From assembly GCA_003650255.1 (NCBI GenBank), contig QMOP01000001.1, positions 1 through 33,051 on the forward strand: 33,051 nucleotides of DNA, given 5' to 3'. Below are positions 18,449 to 26,101 of the stretch, piece after piece (positions within the stretch are counted from its first letter, which is position 1; each line of letters opens with the position of its first letter). Both the position numbers and the translations under genes were made by a program. Origin of the DNA: Caldisericota bacterium. GTDB taxonomy: Bacteria; CG03; B21-G15. The notes beneath the pieces are model-generated. The model was not told the DNA's origin. It did not search any database and saw only the letters and a program-made list of their open reading frames with translations.

Positions 18449-19111
18449 ATGAAGGAGAAAATTCTGACTGCTGTATGTATGGTTTTTCTTGCTGGATGTT
18501 TAGCTAAAAAAGAGGTTGTGAAGGAGGAGTTTGTTCCAGAAGCTCAACAGATGAGTTCAGCCCAGCAGGAGTCAGGATATAAAGGGTATGCTGTTCAGTT
18601 TCCTTTTTATGTTTACAAAGATAGAACATATCGTGGTAACCATTACATTCCAAGCGGTTGGATGGGAGATTATGGAGATATAAAGTTGAATGAGAATTGC
18701 CGGGAGAATCCTTATTCAGGAAAAACATGTATTAAAATTGTCTATACTGCAAAGAAATCCCAAGGAGCAGGATGGGCAGGAATTTACTGGCAGAATCCAG
18801 CAAATAACTGGGGGACTGTTAAAGGAGGATATGATTTGACAGGATCAAAAAAACTTGTTTTTTATGCGAGAGGAGAAAAAGGGGGAGAGGTTGCTGAATT
18901 TAAAATGGGAGGAATACAGGGTGAATACAGTGATACAGATATGGCAACTACAGGTCCGATTGTATTGAGTAAGAAATGGAGAAAGTATGAGATAGACCTT
19001 ACAGGACTTGACCTTTCTTATATTTCAGGTGGTTTCTGCTGGGTGACCTCTTCACAGGATAATCCTGAAGGATGCACGATATATCTTGATGAGATAGTAT
19101 ACATTAAATGA
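18449..19111 (+). CDS. Lipoprotein with CBM-like beta-sandwich domain
   Basis: The ORF opens at GTG 18440, and in-frame ATGs lie at 18443 and 18449. The ATG at 18449 has the best spacing to the RBS. Lipobox FLAGC. Motifs are GWMGDYGDI, GWAGIYWQNPANNWG, LVFYARGEKGGE, WRKYEIDLTGL and CTIYLDEIVY. It is a close paralog of the N-terminal domain of the next gene. Confidence 0.55.
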   Translation: MKEKILTAVCMVFLAGCLAKKEVVKEEFVPEAQQMSSAQQESGYKGYAVQFPFYVYKDRTYRGNHYIPSGWMGDYGDIKLNENCRENPYSGKTCIKIVYTAKKSQGAGWAGIYWQNPANNWGTVKGGYDLTGSKKLVFYARGEKGGEVAEFKMGGIQGEYSDTDMATTGPIVLSKKWRKYEIDLTGLDLSYISGGFCWVTSSQDNPEGCTIYLDEIVYIK

Positions 19112-20397
19112 TATTCATCTTTCTGATATTGTATTTAAAGGCAATTGATTATTTTTACGTATACTCATCATGTAAAGATGAAATAAACAGGTTCTCTCCC
19201 TCAGGCTTTATGGGAGATGTAAATGATTTCTACCTTACACATGATTATAAAATTCGTTCGCCTTTAAAATGTTCAAGAGGCAGTTTGAAAATTAAATATG
19301 AACCAAAGGGTGAAAAAGGATGGGCGGGTATTTATTTCCTTCATCCGCCAAACAATTGGGGAAATATAAGAGAAGGGTATAATCTTACTGGAGCAACAGA
19401 AATAATCTTTTATGCAAAGGGTAAGAAGGGCGGTGAAAAGATTTCTCTTATAAAAATAGGAGGTTTAACAGGAAGGTATCCTGACAGTGATACCATGCAG
19501 ATTGGGCCACTTCGCCTTAGTAAAAAATGGAAGAGATTTACAATTGATATTTCAAAGATGAATTTAAGATATATCGCAGGGGGGTTCTGTGTAATTCTTA
19601 AGAAGGAGGATAATCCAAAGGGATGTACGATTTATCTTGATGGAATTGCATATAGAGGTGGGAGAATATATGCTTTAAAGACCCTTGGTGATGATGTCCC
19701 TCCAAAACTTAGTATCAAACTTTCATCAAATGAGTTAAATCTTGGAAAAAATCTTGATATCTTCTTGGAAGCAAAGGATAATAGAGTTGTTAAAGAGTGG
19801 AGTTTAAAGATTTTAAATCAGGAAAGGAATGAAATTAAAATTTGGCAGGGATCTTCAGATCCCCCAAAAAAGATTATCTGGGATGGAAAGGATGATATAT
19901 ATAAAAAGTATGTTCCATCTGGAGAATATACATTTATTTTTAAAGCAAAAGATGAAGCAGGAAATGTTTCAGAGGTTCAGTCAAAGGTGGTGGTAAAAAA
20001 GAAAGAGAAAAAGGAGTATAAAAAGATAAAGATAGTGGAAAGCGAAAAGGGTTTAAGGGTGAGATTGAAATCAGACATTCTTTTCGGAATAGGAAAATAT
20101 AAGTTAAAGAAGGAAGTTTATCCTATTCTTGATGAACTTGTTGAACTTTTAAAGGAGTATCCAGAGAATAAAATTTTAATAGAAGGACATACTGATAGTG
20201 TGGGTTCAGAAGGTTATAATTTAAAACTTTCAATTAAAAGGGCTAAAGAGGTCAGGAATTATCTTGTAAAAAAGGGAATAAGTAGCGAAAGAATAAAGGT
20301 AGTAGGTTATGGTGAGAAAAAACCAATAGCATCAAATAAGACAAGACATGGAAGAGCACTTAATAGAAGAGTTGAGGTGATAATATTAAAGAAGTAG
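19108..20397 (+). CDS. Envelope protein: CBM-like domain + Ig-like (FlgD-Ig-type) domain + OmpA C-terminal peptidoglycan-binding domain
   Basis: ATGA overlap with the upstream gene. The N-terminal domain has GFMGDVNDF, GWAGIYFLHPPNNWG, IIFYAKGKKGGE, WKRFTIDISKM and CTIYLDGIAY. The middle has IIWDGKDDIYKKYVPSGEYTFIFKAKDEAGN. The OmpA_C motifs are EGHTDSVGSEGYNLKLSIKRAKEV and NRRVEVII. Confidence 0.8.
   Translation: MIFIFLILYLKAIDYFYVYSSCKDEINRFSPSGFMGDVNDFYLTHDYKIRSPLKCSRGSLKIKYEPKGEKGWAGIYFLHPPNNWGNIREGYNLTGATEIIFYAKGKKGGEKISLIKIGGLTGRYPDSDTMQIGPLRLSKKWKRFTIDISKMNLRYIAGGFCVILKKEDNPKGCTIYLDGIAYRGGRIYALKTLGDDVPPKLSIKLSSNELNLGKNLDIFLEAKDNRVVKEWSLKILNQERNEIKIWQGSSDPPKKIIWDGKDDIYKKYVPSGEYTFIFKAKDEAGNVSEVQSKVVVKKKEKKEYKKIKIVESEKGLRVRLKSDILFGIGKYKLKKEVYPILDELVELLKEYPENKILIEGHTDSVGSEGYNLKLSIKRAKEVRNYLVKKGISSERIKVVGYGEKKPIASNKTRHGRALNRRVEVIILKK
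20378..20386 (+). promoter_or_regulatory. Possible extended -10 promoter (TGaTAATAT) inside the 3' end of the OmpA-like gene, positioned to start transcription just before the riboswitch
   Basis: TG at 20378-20379 and TAATAT at 20381-20386. The predicted start near 20393 lies ~6 nt 5' of the aptamer. No good -35 was seen. In an AT-rich genome such matches are frequent. Confidence 0.3.
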
Positions 20398-20398
20398 T

Positions 20399-20480
20399 GG
20401 GAAAAAGGCAAACTCCGGGTGACCGGAGGACGCAAAGCCACGGATCCTGATATTCTGTCAGGATAGCCGGGCTGCCCCGA
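20399..20480 (+). promoter_or_regulatory. c-di-GMP-I (GEMM-I) riboswitch aptamer
   Basis: GC-rich island in an AT-rich gap. It has GGCAAAC; a hairpin CUCCGG(20413-18)-GUGA-CCGGAG(20423-28) with a GNRA loop; GACGCAAAGCC (20429-39); a second hairpin AUCCUGA(20444-50)/UCAGGAU(20458-64) flanked by CGG/CCG with a bulged AG; and GCCGGGCUGCC. The order and core strings match the Vc2-type consensus. The SD AAGGAGG lies at 20485-91 and the ATG at 20497. Confidence 0.85.
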
Positions 20481-20496
20481 GGAAAAGGAGGTGTTT

Positions 20497-21165
20497 ATGA
20501 AGAGGATTCTTCTCGGAGCAATTGTCTGCTTTGCTTCCTTCGGGGTTCTTTTTTCTTTCACATCTCAGGGAATTTCAACAGTTACAGCTACTGCCGAGCT
20601 TACAGGGGAAGGTATTGTTCAGATGAGTATTGAGATTAAGAATGTTTTGACACATTCAACTACAACTCAAATTTACTGGTCAGGAATTACACTTCCAACT
20701 GGATGGGAAGTGGCAGATAGTTACATCCTTCTTCATTCAACAATTACAGCTGCATCAGGTGGAATAAGGATTTACACTGACAACAAGTCAGCAGATGCAA
20801 ATCCGCAGTATACAGGGTCAGATAGTGGAGGAGGACTTGTTGATACCTCGGATACAACAAAAAAATTGCCTATAGGATGGAAAATTACAGAGGATACAAC
20901 AACAGTTAGTGCTGCTGATCCGGATAGTGATAGTAGCTGGTTTTATTTTAAAGACAAAAGTGATTCTGATTTCTGGATCAATGCTGATACTCAAGATTAC
21001 TCTACAGTGAAGAAAGCAGATGGGATTCATTATAATCAGGGTTCTTCAAATTATGGAGGAGGAACCTCTCCAGATGCAATATACATGGAATGTAATTTCA
21101 CGAATGCTGTAACTCCGAGGACATACAAAACTTCCACAATTCGAATAGAGGCATTTATACAGTAA
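20497..21165 (+). CDS. Secreted protein of unknown family (candidate surface fibre/adhesin subunit), first gene downstream of the c-di-GMP riboswitch
   Basis: I prefer the ATG at 20497, 5 nt after GGAGG, over the GTG at 20491. Signal peptide MKRILLGAIVCFASFGVLFSF. T/S/D-rich mature protein. It shares a ~190-aa domain with the 21921 protein (LPTGWxVAD, IYTDNxS, GLVDTSxTTKxL, YFKDKxxSDF, NAVTPRTYKT). Confidence 0.5.
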   Translation: MKRILLGAIVCFASFGVLFSFTSQGISTVTATAELTGEGIVQMSIEIKNVLTHSTTTQIYWSGITLPTGWEVADSYILLHSTITAASGGIRIYTDNKSADANPQYTGSDSGGGLVDTSDTTKKLPIGWKITEDTTTVSAADPDSDSSWFYFKDKSDSDFWINADTQDYSTVKKADGIHYNQGSSNYGGGTSPDAIYMECNFTNAVTPRTYKTSTIRIEAFIQ

Positions 21166-21213
21166 GAAGTTAGTTTATATAAGAAAGAGTTTTAAAAAGG
21201 AAAGGTAGATAAA

Positions 21214-21924
21214 ATGTGGATATTTTCTAGTTTATTCTTATATTCACTTCTTGCAATGTCTGTTACTCCAGCAAAGTATGAGTTACTTCTTTCCACAGGA
21301 GAAAGAAACACCATTTATTTCACCGTCAAAAATGATAAATTAGAAATGATGAAAGTAAGGGTTAATTCTAAATACTGGTTTGTTTTACCGGAGAATAAAG
21401 GAATAGAGATTGATTCATGGTTGAGTTTTAGTCCAAAAGAGTTTTATTTAAAGAAAGGAGAGGGAAAAAGGGTTATATGTGAGGTTATTGTTCCTAAGAA
21501 TGCTAGTGGGTTCTTAAATGGAATGCTTTCATTCAATCAAATTGATTCTCCAACTTCCGTTAATATCACCATAAGTGTTCCTGTTTATATTATAATAAAG
21601 GATAACTATTCCTTTGATTTTGAGGTTAGGGGACTTAAGAGGGAAAATGAATATCTTCTTGTTGAGATTTTTAATAAAGGAAATGTTTATTTTAGACCAA
21701 GAGGAAGGATAAAAATGAATAGAGAGAGAAATTTTTTAATTTTTAAGAAAAAAAGTTTTCTATTTGAAAAAAGATTTAAAGAAGAAAGACATATTTTTCC
21801 TGGTAGTAGCGGATATGTTAAACTGGGAAATTTGGGTTTAAAAGATGGAAAATATGAGGTTATATTGGAACTTGAGTTTTGGGGAGATAAAAAAATAAGG
21901 AAGAAAATAGTGGTTTTGAAATGA
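21214..21924 (+). CDS. Secreted two-domain Ig-fold-like protein (possible PapD-like periplasmic chaperone); function unknown
   Basis: Signal peptide. The mature start VTPAKYELLLSTGERNTIYFTVKNDKLEMMKVRVN has the strand pattern typical of pilus-chaperone or DUF916-type Ig domains. A second beta-rich half follows. This is a weak pattern-based call. Confidence 0.3.
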   Translation: MWIFSSLFLYSLLAMSVTPAKYELLLSTGERNTIYFTVKNDKLEMMKVRVNSKYWFVLPENKGIEIDSWLSFSPKEFYLKKGEGKRVICEVIVPKNASGFLNGMLSFNQIDSPTSVNITISVPVYIIIKDNYSFDFEVRGLKRENEYLLVEIFNKGNVYFRPRGRIKMNRERNFLIFKKKSFLFEKRFKEERHIFPGSSGYVKLGNLGLKDGKYEVILELEFWGDKKIRKKIVVLK

Positions 21925-22997
21925 TTATTCTTTTTCTTTTTTTGTTTTTTCTTTATCCAGAGATTTTAACAATCTACAATGATGAGGGGATATCAGGGGA
22001 TAATATCTACACATGGAATGATGGGGGTGCGGATTATGATGGAAGTTCGCAGGATCTGGAATCTGTTCCAGAAGGGTTTAAATGTTTTAAGACCACAGCG
22101 ACCTCTGGAAGTTATGCTGGATGGGGAGTTTTTTACAATACAGAGCAGGACTTTTCAGAATATCAAAATGGAGATTTGAGATTCTGGATTTACTCTTCAA
22201 CAGGGAATATAAAGGTTGAGATAGAAAGATGGAATGGTGAAACAGTGACAAAATATTTGAGTGATTATGGCTGGAATGATTCTTATGTTAATACTTGGAG
22301 ACTTTTTTCCATTCCATTAGATGATTTTGCAGTAGATATTACAACATCAGTGAAATCTCCATTTAAAATTACAGTCCTTACAACACCAGCAACATTTTAT
22401 ATTGATATGGTGAGATGGGCGGTTAATATTGATACCGGAAGTTTTAATTTAAAAATAAAAAGGATTTCAGATGATGTTGAAGTTTCATCGTTCACTTTTA
22501 CCAGGGTAAATTTAATAGGGCTTCCAACAGGATGGGTTGTTGCTGATCAGTATATAGAAATTGAAGTAGAACCTTCGGATATTTCCTGGGGAATACAGAT
22601 TTACACAGACAATGAGAGTCCCTCAGCAGACCCAAGATATACAGGAACAGAGGATCCAGCAGGTCTTGTTGATACATCGACTACAACAAAGAGATTACAA
22701 ATGGGCTGGACAATAGAATATTTAACCCATTCACTTTCAGAACTTGGAACAGGAGAGCCAGGAACTTGGGTAAATGGGGGCTATCAGTGGAAGTATTTTA
22801 AAGATAAAGCAAGTTCAGATTTTACAAATGGAGGAAGTTATGTAACTCCTTGGAATAATGAGGGTTTATTATGGAATACATGGCAGAGAGATTCAAAAAG
22901 TCCTCCAAATTATATTTATATAAGTGCGGATTTTTCAAATGCAGTTACACCAAGAACATATAAAACTAAAATTTTTGTAGAGTTTTATTATCAATGA
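21921..22997 (+). CDS. Secreted protein: CBM-like beta-sandwich fused to the same unknown domain as the 20497 protein (candidate tip or adhesin subunit)
   Basis: ATGA overlap with the upstream gene and an N-terminal signal. The CBM-like part has YAGWGVFY, DLRFWIYSSTGNIKVEI, WRLFSIPLDDF and FYIDMVRWA. The C-terminal half is paralogous to the 20497 protein, ending NAVTPRTYKTKIFVEFYYQ. Confidence 0.5.
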   Translation: MIILFLFLFFLYPEILTIYNDEGISGDNIYTWNDGGADYDGSSQDLESVPEGFKCFKTTATSGSYAGWGVFYNTEQDFSEYQNGDLRFWIYSSTGNIKVEIERWNGETVTKYLSDYGWNDSYVNTWRLFSIPLDDFAVDITTSVKSPFKITVLTTPATFYIDMVRWAVNIDTGSFNLKIKRISDDVEVSSFTFTRVNLIGLPTGWVVADQYIEIEVEPSDISWGIQIYTDNESPSADPRYTGTEDPAGLVDTSTTTKRLQMGWTIEYLTHSLSELGTGEPGTWVNGGYQWKYFKDKASSDFTNGGSYVTPWNNEGLLWNTWQRDSKSPPNYIYISADFSNAVTPRTYKTKIFVEFYYQ

Positions 22998-24127
22998 GAA
23001 GATTATGTTTTTTATTATTATTTTTTGAGTTGCCTCTACTTTCTTTTCAAACAATATCTTCTTATACAATTACAGCTTTTGTTCAATTTACTGTTGAGGA
23101 TTCAACTCCACCTGTAATAGATCATGAAGAAATAAAAAGGATTTCAGAGATAACGAGAATAGCAAGAGTTATAGCAACTTTTAGAGATGAAATTCAACTT
23201 TCAAAGGTGGGAATTTACTATTCATCATCTCCTTCAGCAGGTTTTTTGAAAAAGGAGTTTTCTCCTCAGACGACTTTTTATAGTATGAATGTATTAATAG
23301 AAAAGGAGATAATAAATCCTCCAACATTTTATTACAGGTTAATGGCTTTCGATGGAATAAACTATTCATATCTTCCCTCTTCCAGTTCCTGGTTTGAGGT
23401 TAAAGTAAATAGGATTGAATATTTCGATATTTCTTCATCTGGAGGAGAGATAATCCTTTATGATGGAAATTCAGAAGATGGAGAGTTAAGGTTGATTTAT
23501 CCTAAGAATGTAGTAGATGAGGATGTAAGATTAAAAATTGAGGAAACATCTCCTTTTGAGTTTAATGTGGAAAATGATGAGTTCCTCTGGAGAAATCCAG
23601 TATCAGTTTATTCTTTTCAACCAGATATTGATTTTAAAAGAGAGATAATATTAGAAGTTCCATATCAAGATGTGAATGATGACGGAAGGGTTGATGATGT
23701 GAATATTGAAGAGAGGAACTGTCAACTTTTCTTTTTTGATGGTTTTGAATGGAGATTTTGTGGTGGAGATTTGGATAGTAAGAAGAATATTATAAGAGTG
23801 AGGACAGACCATCTTTCAATTTATGGAGTTTTTCTTTTGAAAAAAATTTCAAAAAATCTTCTTAAACCAAAACAGAAATTTATTTCTCCTGGAGTAAAAG
23901 ACGGAGTAAATGATGAGATTGTCTTTGATGGACTTGATGATTCTAATACAGAAGTAAAAATCTTTGATTTGAGGGGAAGAATGGTAAAAAGGATAAAGGG
24001 GTATCCATATAAGTGGGATGGAAGGGATAAAAGGGGAAGATTGGTAGAACCAGGAGCATACATATATCAATATTTTCATCCTCTTTTAGATAAGAGAATA
24101 ACAGGTGTTGTAATTGTTGTAAGATGA
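22994..24127 (+). CDS. Secreted protein of unknown function with C-terminal FlgD-Ig/T9SS-CTD-like domain
   Basis: ATGA overlap with the upstream gene. Signal peptide MRRLCFLLLFFELPLLSF. The C-terminus reads EVKIFDLRGRMVKRIKGYPYKWDGRDKRGRLVEPGAYIYQY...GVVIVVR. Confidence 0.5.
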   Translation: MRRLCFLLLFFELPLLSFQTISSYTITAFVQFTVEDSTPPVIDHEEIKRISEITRIARVIATFRDEIQLSKVGIYYSSSPSAGFLKKEFSPQTTFYSMNVLIEKEIINPPTFYYRLMAFDGINYSYLPSSSSWFEVKVNRIEYFDISSSGGEIILYDGNSEDGELRLIYPKNVVDEDVRLKIEETSPFEFNVENDEFLWRNPVSVYSFQPDIDFKREIILEVPYQDVNDDGRVDDVNIEERNCQLFFFDGFEWRFCGGDLDSKKNIIRVRTDHLSIYGVFLLKKISKNLLKPKQKFISPGVKDGVNDEIVFDGLDDSNTEVKIFDLRGRMVKRIKGYPYKWDGRDKRGRLVEPGAYIYQYFHPLLDKRITGVVIVVR

Positions 24128-25005
24128 GATATTTAAAGAAGTTAATGGTTATATTGCTTTTCTCCAAACTTTATTCAGCATTTAATTATTTTCCAATTCC
24201 GTCAAGATTTCTATTTGCTGGAATTCCTGTTGATCTCAGAAATGATGCTGGAAGTATTTTCTCCAATCCAGCTGGACTTGATTCTCTTGTAACAAAACAG
24301 ATTGAAACTACATATTCATTGGCTTATCCAGAGATGGATGAAGATATATCAGGTTATACAGTTTTATCAGGTATGAGTTTAAAATTAGGTTTAGGAGTTG
24401 GAGTAGGTTTTTCCTATCTTGATGTTGATAGAATTTACAAAGAAAGTGAAATACTTATTGGAGCAGGCATAAAGGGGGATAGGATTCATTTACCGGTTTC
24501 AGTAGGTTTTAATTTGAAATTTCTAAAAAATAAATATATAATTGGTAAAAGGGAAGAGGGTGATATTGTGTTTTCAAAAGGAAAATTAATGAAAACGGTT
24601 TCAATAGATTTAGGATTTATTTTCAGAAAAGAAAAATTTTTAGTTTCCCTTTCTTTGAAAGATATAAATAGGCCAGATGTTGGAATTTATGAAAGTGTGA
24701 GGAAGAATTGTTCTATAGATTTTGATATCTCCTACAGAGTTTTTCCAGTGTATGAAGGAGACATTTCTTTTGGTTATCTGTATGAAGAAGGAAATAGTAG
24801 ATTCAGCGGAGGATATTCTCAGTATTTGTATTCAAATCTGGTAAGGGGGTATATCGGAACAAATCTGGATGCTGTTGGTCTGGCGATTTCAGTTGTTTTA
24901 CCATATCCTAAATTCAGTTTCACCTTTGAATATGGTTATTATTTTCCAATTTATTTAAAGGAGACATTAGGTGCCCATTCTATTAGTTTAAAGTGTGAAT
25001 TTTAA
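24124..25005 (+). CDS. Small outer-membrane beta-barrel protein (PorV/PorQ/FadL-like N-terminal NPAGL motif)
   Basis: ATGA overlap with the upstream gene and a signal peptide. Motif DAGSIFSNPAGL near the N-terminus. Alternating-hydrophobic strands throughout, ending SISLKCEF with a terminal aromatic residue. Confidence 0.5.
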   Translation: MRYLKKLMVILLFSKLYSAFNYFPIPSRFLFAGIPVDLRNDAGSIFSNPAGLDSLVTKQIETTYSLAYPEMDEDISGYTVLSGMSLKLGLGVGVGFSYLDVDRIYKESEILIGAGIKGDRIHLPVSVGFNLKFLKNKYIIGKREEGDIVFSKGKLMKTVSIDLGFIFRKEKFLVSLSLKDINRPDVGIYESVRKNCSIDFDISYRVFPVYEGDISFGYLYEEGNSRFSGGYSQYLYSNLVRGYIGTNLDAVGLAISVVLPYPKFSFTFEYGYYFPIYLKETLGAHSISLKCEF

Positions 25006-26101
25006 AGTGGGAAGGGATATAGTTGTAGAAGGATTGACAAAGTCCTTTTCTAAAGGTGTATATGGAGTTAAAAACTTAAATTTTAAAATAAAAGAAGGTG
25101 AGTTTTTTGTCGTTGTTGGACCAAGTGGTTCTGGAAAAACCACTTTTTTAAGATTGATAGCAGGACTTGAAAGACCTACTTCTGGAAAAATTTTGTTTGG
25201 AGATGAGGATATAACTCATAAAAATCCAAGAGAGAGAAAAGTTGCTATTGTTTTTCAGGAGTATGCAATTTATCCTCATCTTTCAGTATATGAAAATATA
25301 GCATTTCCATTAAGGATAAGAAAATATTCAAAGGATTATATTGATAGAAAAGTTAGAGAAGTAGCAAAGATTCTTGAAATAGAGAATCTTCTTTTCCGGA
25401 AACCAGATACACTTTCAGGAGGACAGAGGCAGAGGGTTGCACTTGGAAGAGCAATTGTGAAGGATGCTGAAATATTTTTATTTGATGAACCATTATCAAA
25501 TTTGGATGCAAAATTAAGGATTAGTATGAGGATAGAATTAAAAGAACTTCATAAAAGGATTAAGAAGACATTTATATATGTAACACATGACCAGAGTGAA
25601 GCAATGAGTATGGCTGATACAATATGTGTTTTAAAGGATGGTGAAGTTGTTCAATTTGGAAGACCTGACGAAATTTATAATAGACCAAAAAATCTATTCA
25701 CAGCAAAATTTTTTGGTGTTCCGCAGATGAATATTTTAAAAGGGAAGGTTAAAAATAGAGATGGAGAGATTTATTTTGATGAGGGAAGTGGATCCCTTTT
25801 AATTGATGGAAAGTTCAAGAAATATGAGAATGAGGAGATTTTACTGGGTATAAGGCCAGAGCATATATATGACAGATTGTATACCTCAAGACCTGAAAAA
25901 GGAACAACACTCATTGCCACATTTGAAATGATGGAAATTCTTGGGAAGGATTTTTATCTCTATCTTAACACAGGGTATCATAATATTGTTGTTAGAACAA
26001 CATATAAATCTGAAATTAAACCAGGGCAGGATATTATGATTGTATTTGATATGAAGAAGGCACATTTTTTTAATATTAAAACAGGAGAGAGAATTGATTA
26101 A
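24995..26101 (+). CDS. Sugar ABC transporter ATP-binding protein (MalK/MsmK/UgpC type)
   Basis: GTG start at 24995, with an alternative GTG at 25007. Walker A GPSGSGKTT, signature LSGGQRQRV, Walker B IFLFDEPLSNLD, H-loop YVTHDQ, and a C-terminal MalK-like regulatory/TOBE region. Confidence 0.9.
   Translation: MNFKVGRDIVVEGLTKSFSKGVYGVKNLNFKIKEGEFFVVVGPSGSGKTTFLRLIAGLERPTSGKILFGDEDITHKNPRERKVAIVFQEYAIYPHLSVYENIAFPLRIRKYSKDYIDRKVREVAKILEIENLLFRKPDTLSGGQRQRVALGRAIVKDAEIFLFDEPLSNLDAKLRISMRIELKELHKRIKKTFIYVTHDQSEAMSMADTICVLKDGEVVQFGRPDEIYNRPKNLFTAKFFGVPQMNILKGKVKNRDGEIYFDEGSGSLLIDGKFKKYENEEILLGIRPEHIYDRLYTSRPEKGTTLIATFEMMEILGKDFYLYLNTGYHNIVVRTTYKSEIKPGQDIMIVFDMKKAHFFNIKTGERID

Noticed and set aside
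20413-20491. A specific anti-SD model for the riboswitch, with CUCC at 20413-16 or UCCU at 20445-48 pairing with the SD at 20485-91.
   Set aside because: Only 4-nt complementarities are available, and the CUCCGG strand is already locked in a stable local GNRA hairpin. I cannot support ON or OFF logic from sequence alone.
7118-22179. Short + strand ORFs nested in other frames (7118-7342, 8266-8451, 12535-12723, 18249-18443, 21979-22179).
   Set aside because: They are alternative-frame ORFs inside well-supported genes, they have no recognisable motifs, and they are M/L-rich frame-shift-type translations.
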